Source: Candidatus Krumholzibacteriota bacterium
GTDB taxonomy: Bacteria; Krumholzibacteriota; Krumholzibacteriia; Krumholzibacteriales; Krumholzibacteriaceae
Reading direction: 5' to 3'
NCBI GenBank assembly: GCA_041309605.1
Contig: JBFYZH010000061.1
Span: 7,122-71,121, forward strand
DNA length: 64,000 nt
Shown here: piece by piece, positions 58,421-64,000 of the stretch
Layout: every line of letters begins with the position of its first letter
Numbering within the stretch: the stretch's first letter is position 1
Program-made: the position numbers and the translations under genes
Notes under the pieces: generated by a model
The model's database searches: none
What the model was told of the DNA's origin: nothing
Seen by the model: only the letters and a program-made list of their open reading frames with translations

Positions 58421-61400
58421 CTACCGGAGAAGAATCAGCTTCCTCGACTTCGAGTATTTATCGGTCTTGATGCGGTAAAAATAGACTCCGCTCGAAACCG
58501 TCTTGTCATGTTCGTTCTTTCCGTCCCACGTCACCGAATAAGAGTTGCTCTTCCTGAATTCGTCCACCAGGGTGCGAACCAGGCGACCGTTGACATCGAA
58601 GATCGAAAGATTCACGTGTGAATCCCCGGCGATGGAGAATCTTATGATCGTCGACGGATTAAATGGATTGGGATAATTATTCGCCAGGAAGTCGCTGAAT
58701 TCGGGGGTCTCCTCTTCGAAATCAATCCCTTGAATCCTCAGGATATTCCCCTCCATATCGAGGACTTCGCCGAAGAGGAGTCGAAGATCGTCATCTTCGA
58801 TTTTCACATCGGCATCCCCTGAACAGGAGAATTCGAGGATTCCGAGCTCCGCATCTCCGTTTTCGGCCGATCCCAGAGCGAAAGAGATCATACAGAGCTT
58901 GTCCGTTTCGTCATTCCCTATCTGAACCACCTCGGTCGTTACAGGAAGACCGGCCGCCGGGGTCCATCCCCTGTACTTCAATGAGGGATGCCGATTGGAA
59001 ATCCCGAGCGCCATCATCGAGATGTCGTTCGCGCCGCTCAATGAAACCTTCACCCGTACTTTGTCCGGATTACCGGTATCCCTGTCCGGGAGAAGGGTGA
59101 ACCTGACATCGACCTTCGACTCGTGCGTGGAACCCGCCAGCATTCTCGAAGATGAAAGAGGTTTATGGTGTTGATAGTGCTGAAATAACAAGTTTAAATC
59201 GGGAGAATTTACCGTCTCATCGTAATTATAATCGAACCAGTCATTGTATCCCGCATCCCCCCTGGTTTTATTGTTTGTATCTCCAAAATAGGCTAAATCC
59301 GACAGGTTCACATATCCGTCCATCGTGTAATCGTAACTCTTTAAACGTAGATTCCCGATCCTGCCTATCTCCACTCCATCGAAAAGAACAGGGATATCAA
59401 AGGCAGGGCAGATATCCGTCACCGGCCCCCCGGCGCTTACATAGGAACGGGTAAGCGTAGTCCGATATCCATTGTCCGCGGTTGCGGAGGAATCGGCCGT
59501 ATTCGACCCCCAGAAGATCAATAGGGAATCGGACCCCAGGGTGATCTGAGATGCATCGATCGGTCCGCTGTCAAAATCGAGATCTACCCTCAGCGCGTGG
59601 TAATCTCCCGCCGGACATCCGTTCAGACTGTCTCCCCCGGTGGGAATTCCTGTGCCGGCATTGACGATCTCCCATGTTATGTCACAACCCGGAAGGGTCG
59701 AATAGTCGCCGGTGATTTTTTGAGCGAATACGTCTTGTGCACCATTTCTCGCATCGGTCCACGAAACATAGACGTTGGCGCCATGATCGTTACCGGTTGA
59801 AATATATAATTTTTCACCGGAACAACTGCAGATGGGTTCTCCATTTTCATACAACTCTGTTTCACCGAAGGAATTTAATCTCTGTAAATATATATCGTTG
59901 GTTCCTTCGCGAAAGTCTTTCCATACAAAGAGCGCCCCGCCCATGCCGTCATACGTTATTTGCAGACCGTCCTGGTCTTCTTTCGCCGTGCAGAGGGGCA
60001 TTCCACCACTGGTCCAAAGTGGATATCCATCAGCGTCGACTCTTTGACAGAAAATATTCGATCTTTCACATGCCCCGAATGGCGCGCGCGGATCGCACTC
60101 GGTATTCTCATCGCACCAGCCGATGATAGCGCCATCGGCCCCATCGGTCGTGAGCACGGGTAAACAATTATTCAGCACTCCTGAATAGACGGCAACTCCG
60201 CTCGATCCCCAGAGTGTCGAACCGTTGGAGGCGATCTTCTGGACGAATATTTCATTTATACCATTTTGATAATCTTCCCATCCGAAGATCGCGCCCCCCC
60301 AATTATCGGCGATCATATTCAGACTTTGCCGACTGCCGTTCTCATCACAGACAGGAATCCCGCCGGCCGTCCACAGCGGATTCCCGTCGCCATCGACCCT
60401 TTGTGCATAGAGAAGGTTATACGCGCCCCTGGAATCTTGCCATACTACAATCGCTCCTCCCGAACCATCCGTTACGATTTTTGGATTTACTTGCTCGTCA
60501 TCGGCATCACAGACAGGAATCCCGCCGGCCGCCCAAAGAAGATTTCCATTCGCACCCACCCTCTGAGCGAAGATGTCAGGCAAGCCGTTACGGGCGTCTT
60601 GCCAGACGATAATCGCTCCCCCCGATCCGTCTGAAACAACCTGCGATTTTGTCTGAGAAGAACTATTAGTGCATACACCAATTCCGTTGGCCACCCACAT
60701 CGGATCACCGTCCGTGTCCATTTTCTGCGCATAGATGTCATAGTTGCCGTTTCGCTTGTCGACCCATGTGATTATCGCACCTCCACCTCCATCGGAAACA
60801 AGCCGAACACCAGACTGTGCCTGGATAGCGGTGCATACTCCTATCCCGTTATTCGTCCATAAAACATTCCCTTCGTCATCGATCTTCTGCGCATAAATGT
60901 CATAGTAGTTGGCGGTAGTGCGGAAATCCATCCAGGCAACGATCGCGTTTCCGTCCTCATCGGATATGATTTGATTTTGATTCTGATTACCGCCGGCTGA
61001 GCAAACCGTTTGTCCCTGGATCTCCCAATCCACTGCCGGCTCAAGAATCGCGAAAGACTCGTCACTCGAATCGGATGTCAATTCAACGTCATATTCGTCG
61101 AGAGCGGTCACCCTGACCTTGCACTCAGTCGAAATGTCGTTCGGGATCGTCCAATCATATTCACGGGCGTTTCCGTCGACATCTTCGTCTATCAGCGTAT
61201 ACTCTTCGCCGATAAAATAGCCGATTTCAAAATGGTCGGCGCTGTCGTAGCTGTGCCACTCAATCATATGCGCCGATCCAATGGCCCATGCCTCCTTGCC
61301 ATCCGGCTTCTTCACATGGAGATTCGATCCGGAATCCTCTACATAAAAAATCTGGCGTGCCGTAGGATTGCCATAATCGTTTTCGTTGAAATCCGGCGTG

Positions 61401-62290
61401 CCGAACTTAACATATCCAAAGCCATTCATCCCCCAGTCTTCCCCAAAGCTGTTCTTTATGATCCATGCCCCCTCCCCGTCACATTGGGTGTCGTCCCATC
61501 CGACGCAAAGAACCGAATGATTGGCTGCATATCCCAGATCATCGGTAGTCCAGCATCCTTCGGTGTAGTACAGAAACCCTGTTGTAGCCCAGAGCGATAC
61601 CGTAACCGGGCCCGTAAGCAGCGCCTCCTTCATCGAATTTATATCCTCGTTACCCACAACAGCCGTTCCCGAAATTCTTCCACGTATGCCGCATCCGTAA
61701 TGATCGCAACTAACGGTGTCCTGGGCTTGATATGGCATGCATGTTTCGGTTACCGCTCCCGGATCGGCGAAGATTTCGTACGCCATCCATGGATTACCGC
61801 CGTCGCAATCCCCTCCGCCGGTGTTACAGGATAATATCTGCTGTTCGGATAGATCCTCTATTCTTCCGTCAAATATCCTTATATGTGATTCGAGTTGGCC
61901 GACTGATGAAAATGACCAGCATGATCCGCAATGCTGCGGTTCATACTGGTTCTTTGCGGGGGTGACCCCATTCATTTCCCTCCAATCCCATACTGCGGGA
62001 TATGTCGCACCTGCAGGAGCCTTAATAACAGGAAGGGTCCGGGTAATTTCCACGGGCTCTACCGGCAACGGCGGAAAGAGCTCTTTCCATTCCTCTTCCG
62101 TGATGTGGGACATCGATGTCTTCCCCGCCTTCCAGTTGTATCCCTTTTCTTCGATCATCCTGTTGATCGCCGCTATCCGCTCCTCTTCCTCCGTCTTTGC
62201 GGCATTCACATCGACAAATTGGATGCTAATAATGGAAATGATGAAAATAATCAGAACAATTTTTGTTCCGAACCCTTTTGTTCGTGACAT
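58421..62290 (-). CDS. Papain-family (C1A) cysteine protease with Ig domain, 8-repeat propeller, dockerin-like and cohesin-like domains and FlgD/T9SS-type CTD, 1289 aa
   Basis: Signal peptide and short prodomain (YNWKAGKTSMS); VWDWR, catalytic Q...CGSCW, NHSV..VGW, WIIKNSFG..WG..G; DYTMDGYVNLSDL / DYNYDETVNSPDL; tail NYPNPFNP...WDGKN...VSSGVYFYRI...KLILLR. Confidence 0.9.
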   Translation of the reverse strand: MSRTKGFGTKIVLIIFIISIISIQFVDVNAAKTEEEERIAAINRMIEEKGYNWKAGKTSMSHITEEEWKELFPPLPVEPVEITRTLPVIKAPAGATYPAVWDWREMNGVTPAKNQYEPQHCGSCWSFSSVGQLESHIRIFDGRIEDLSEQQILSCNTGGGDCDGGNPWMAYEIFADPGAVTETCMPYQAQDTVSCDHYGCGIRGRISGTAVVGNEDINSMKEALLTGPVTVSLWATTGFLYYTEGCWTTDDLGYAANHSVLCVGWDDTQCDGEGAWIIKNSFGEDWGMNGFGYVKFGTPDFNENDYGNPTARQIFYVEDSGSNLHVKKPDGKEAWAIGSAHMIEWHSYDSADHFEIGYFIGEEYTLIDEDVDGNAREYDWTIPNDISTECKVRVTALDEYDVELTSDSSDESFAILEPAVDWEIQGQTVCSAGGNQNQNQIISDEDGNAIVAWMDFRTTANYYDIYAQKIDDEGNVLWTNNGIGVCTAIQAQSGVRLVSDGGGGAIITWVDKRNGNYDIYAQKMDTDGDPMWVANGIGVCTNSSSQTKSQVVSDGSGGAIIVWQDARNGLPDIFAQRVGANGNLLWAAGGIPVCDADDEQVNPKIVTDGSGGAIVVWQDSRGAYNLLYAQRVDGDGNPLWTAGGIPVCDENGSRQSLNMIADNWGGAIFGWEDYQNGINEIFVQKIASNGSTLWGSSGVAVYSGVLNNCLPVLTTDGADGAIIGWCDENTECDPRAPFGACERSNIFCQRVDADGYPLWTSGGMPLCTAKEDQDGLQITYDGMGGALFVWKDFREGTNDIYLQRLNSFGETELYENGEPICSCSGEKLYISTGNDHGANVYVSWTDARNGAQDVFAQKITGDYSTLPGCDITWEIVNAGTGIPTGGDSLNGCPAGDYHALRVDLDFDSGPIDASQITLGSDSLLIFWGSNTADSSATADNGYRTTLTRSYVSAGGPVTDICPAFDIPVLFDGVEIGRIGNLRLKSYDYTMDGYVNLSDLAYFGDTNNKTRGDAGYNDWFDYNYDETVNSPDLNLLFQHYQHHKPLSSSRMLAGSTHESKVDVRFTLLPDRDTGNPDKVRVKVSLSGANDISMMALGISNRHPSLKYRGWTPAAGLPVTTEVVQIGNDETDKLCMISFALGSAENGDAELGILEFSCSGDADVKIEDDDLRLLFGEVLDMEGNILRIQGIDFEEETPEFSDFLANNYPNPFNPSTIIRFSIAGDSHVNLSIFDVNGRLVRTLVDEFRKSNSYSVTWDGKNEHDKTVSSGVYFYRIKTDKYSKSRKLILLR

Positions 62291-62533
62291 TAGTAGCCCC
62301 CCTGGATTGATGAGATGTTATTACCCTGAAAAAACCTTTTATCCTCCTTTCAGGCGTGCCGTATATACTTATCCCAATTTATAGAAGCAATCCGGTCAGT
62401 ATTCGCAGTACTTTCTCCCCCCAGGAAACCATCTTAAATATATAAGACGACCGATTCTTCATTTTTCCCAATTTTTTGGATGTCCCTTCCATAAATTCCA
62501 TCCAGACAGAAATCGATGCTTCGTTTAGTTAAA

Positions 62534-62720
62534 AGTTACGACGTGGCGGGCAAGCTGACCCAACTCGATCGCGGCGTGCGCACCGTGGACCTGGTGCCCA
62601 CGGCAGGTGTCTTCTGGGATCACGACTAACTCCCTGCTGGTATCCCCCATGTACGCCCCCACGCAGGCCTACCACCTGCGGCTCAACGTCTACCCCGGCG
62701 TTGTGCGCGTGGGATCTTGA
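62534..62720 (+). pseudogene. Coding-like fragment with a +1 frameshift, parent gene unidentified
   Basis: GC3-rich codons reading SYDVAGKLTQLDRGVRTVDLVPTAGVFWDHD* then, one base later, SLLVSPMYAPTQAYHLRLNVYPGVVRVGS*; embedded in AT-rich intergenic DNA. Confidence 0.45.
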
Positions 62721-62812
62721 CATGGAATTGAATTGCCCATGGGCGGGTTCCTTTTGAAACTGTCATCATCGTTGTCATCACGTTCATACAACAATGGATG
62801 AACGGCGGAGTA

Positions 62813-62841
62813 TTGACACAGGCTTCGGATACACATAGAAT
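62813..62841 (+). promoter_or_regulatory. Putative sigma-70 promoter for the PAS gene
   Basis: TTGACA-N17-TAGAAT, 40 nt upstream of ATG 62882 with GGAG RBS. Confidence 0.65.
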
Positions 62842-62881
62842 TCCGGCATGCTGTTTCCAATAATCAAACAGGAGATATTCA

Positions 62882-63265
62882 ATGACCTGCGATAACTGGA
62901 CCGATCATACCGCAATCGCGATCACGGTCACGGATGCCGATGGAATAATCACGGTAATGAATCCGGCAGCGGCCGCCGATGGAGGTGCCGGGCTGGTCGG
63001 CAGCGATGTCCTGTCCTGCCATCCCGAGCCTTCGCGGACCAAACTGGCATCGATGTTCGAGACACATCGACCCAATCATTACACGATCCGCAAGGACGGG
63101 CGCAAAAAGATCATCCACCAGATTCCGCTGTCGAAAGAGGGAGCGTTTCGAGGGTACGTGGAGATATCCATCCCGATCCCGGATCATCTTCCACATTTCG
63201 ACCGGGACCGGTCCGGGCCGCCTGCGGGCGAAGGCAGGCGGGATCCGTCGGAGTCCGGGGAATAA
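62882..63265 (+). CDS. Stand-alone PAS-domain protein
   Basis: AITVTDADGII..MN..A, LVGSDVLSCHPEPSR.KL, YTIRKDGRKKIIHQIP...G.FRG.VEIS..IP..LPHF.RD. Confidence 0.8.
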   Translation: MTCDNWTDHTAIAITVTDADGIITVMNPAAAADGGAGLVGSDVLSCHPEPSRTKLASMFETHRPNHYTIRKDGRKKIIHQIPLSKEGAFRGYVEISIPIPDHLPHFDRDRSGPPAGEGRRDPSESGE

Positions 63266-63426
63266 TCCATTTATCCGCAGCGCAGGCTGTCGACCGGATT
63301 GCGGTTTGCCGCCATAAGATCGCCGGATTTTCCGTTGATGCTACCGCCATGATGTTTAATATTTAACATGCGTATTTTTTAATATAGCGCCGGATGTCTC
63401 ATTGACTTCCAGGAAGGGAGGATTCC

Positions 63427-63952
63427 ATGTATCGTTCCATGAAACAAGCGCTGCTTGCAGCCTCGGTGCTGGGTCTGGTCATCGCGCCGGCGGCCTTGCG
63501 GGCACAGGGGTCCGGAGGAAGTCTGCCTCGCCGCGAAGGAAAACGGGATAGACCGGATGAAAGCCGTCGCCCCCGGAAACGAATATGATATGGCCGGAGT
63601 GCGATTCCTCGCGGTTCCGGCGTATTTCACCGATAACATGTCGCATCCGAAGTCAGGCGGTTGGGTCGGATATGTGCTGAAGATCAACGGAGCCGCCTAC
63701 TACGTTACCGGCGATTCAGGGCCGATGCCCGAGACCGCGGAGCTCAAAGCCGACGTCATCTTCCCGCTGCTCTGGGGATGCGGCGGGAACGTCGATCAGG
63801 CGGTCAGAATGGCCGAGCTGAGCAAAGCGAGCCTCGCCGTGCCCGTCCATCACGGCGGCCACGTCGAGGCCATCAAAAAGTTCATCACGCGGCTTCCGGA
63901 GGGAACCCGGGGCCTCTACTTCGCGGGGGGCAAGCCCACCGTCGTTCACTGA
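63427..63952 (+). pseudogene. MBL-fold metallo-hydrolase with internal deletion/frameshift
   Basis: ATG 63427 (GGAGG RBS) gives a signal peptide MYRSMKQALLAASVLGLVIAPAALRAQ, and this frame stops at 63588; the +1 frame from ~63509 gives the MBL C-half (AVPAY...HPK..GWVGYV...YVTGDS...AVPVHH). No HxHxDH motif anywhere. Confidence 0.75.
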
Positions 63953-63971
63953 CCCGTCGACAGTGGAGATA

Positions 63972-63994
63972 AGGGAGCCTTTTTAAGGTTCCCT
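63972..63994 (+). terminator. Stem-loop after the MBL gene
   Basis: AGGGAGCCTT-ttt-AAGGTTCCCT. Confidence 0.5.
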
Positions 63995-64000
63995 GTGTGC

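Noticed and set aside
62529-62723. 64-aa minus-strand ORF, or a structured ncRNA
   Set aside because: The plus strand shows the coding-like codon bias; no recognisable ncRNA motif (6S, SRP, tmRNA, riboswitch) was seen.
62760-62788. CTGTCATCATCGTTGTCATCACGTTCAT as a Pho box
   Set aside because: Repeat spacing is 12 and 9 bp rather than 11 bp.

Overview
GC-rich (roughly 55-60%) diderm bacterial DNA. Several secreted proteins end in T9SS-type/FlgD-like C-terminal domains (YPNPFNP...WDG...SGVY.YRL...RK..LLR) and one ends in a short SWGxxKxxY tail, suggesting an FCB-superphylum lineage such as Ca. Krumholzibacteriota/Latescibacterota (inference, not verified). Left to right: (i) a putative sigma-54 operon of a repeat-rich CTD surface protein, a PorV-like barrel, a giant TPR protein and an ExbB/TolQ motor subunit that runs off the left edge; (ii) a MacAB-type ABC exporter operon whose permease is reduced to a 103-nt deletion scar, next to an NtrC-family two-component system; (iii) a CBM9/DUF5916 barrel, a TBDR-YfiR pair, ettA, alsT and a CsgG-OmpA fusion; (iv) a six-gene TonB2-like motor cluster downstream of a TBDR and a CTD-tagged partner; (v) an M23-like/S41 protease and a small island with a type IIG restriction-modification gene carrying an in-frame TAA, a DUF6880-like gene and a Fic remnant; (vi) OPT, APC and PutP transporters and class II aldolase; (vii) a FISUMP lipoprotein, two convergent CTD proteins sharing an 8-repeat propeller (one a C1 protease), a PAS protein and an internally deleted MBL hydrolase. 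No rRNA, tRNA, CRISPR array or intact transposase was recognised. Domain names come from manual motif recognition, not database searches.
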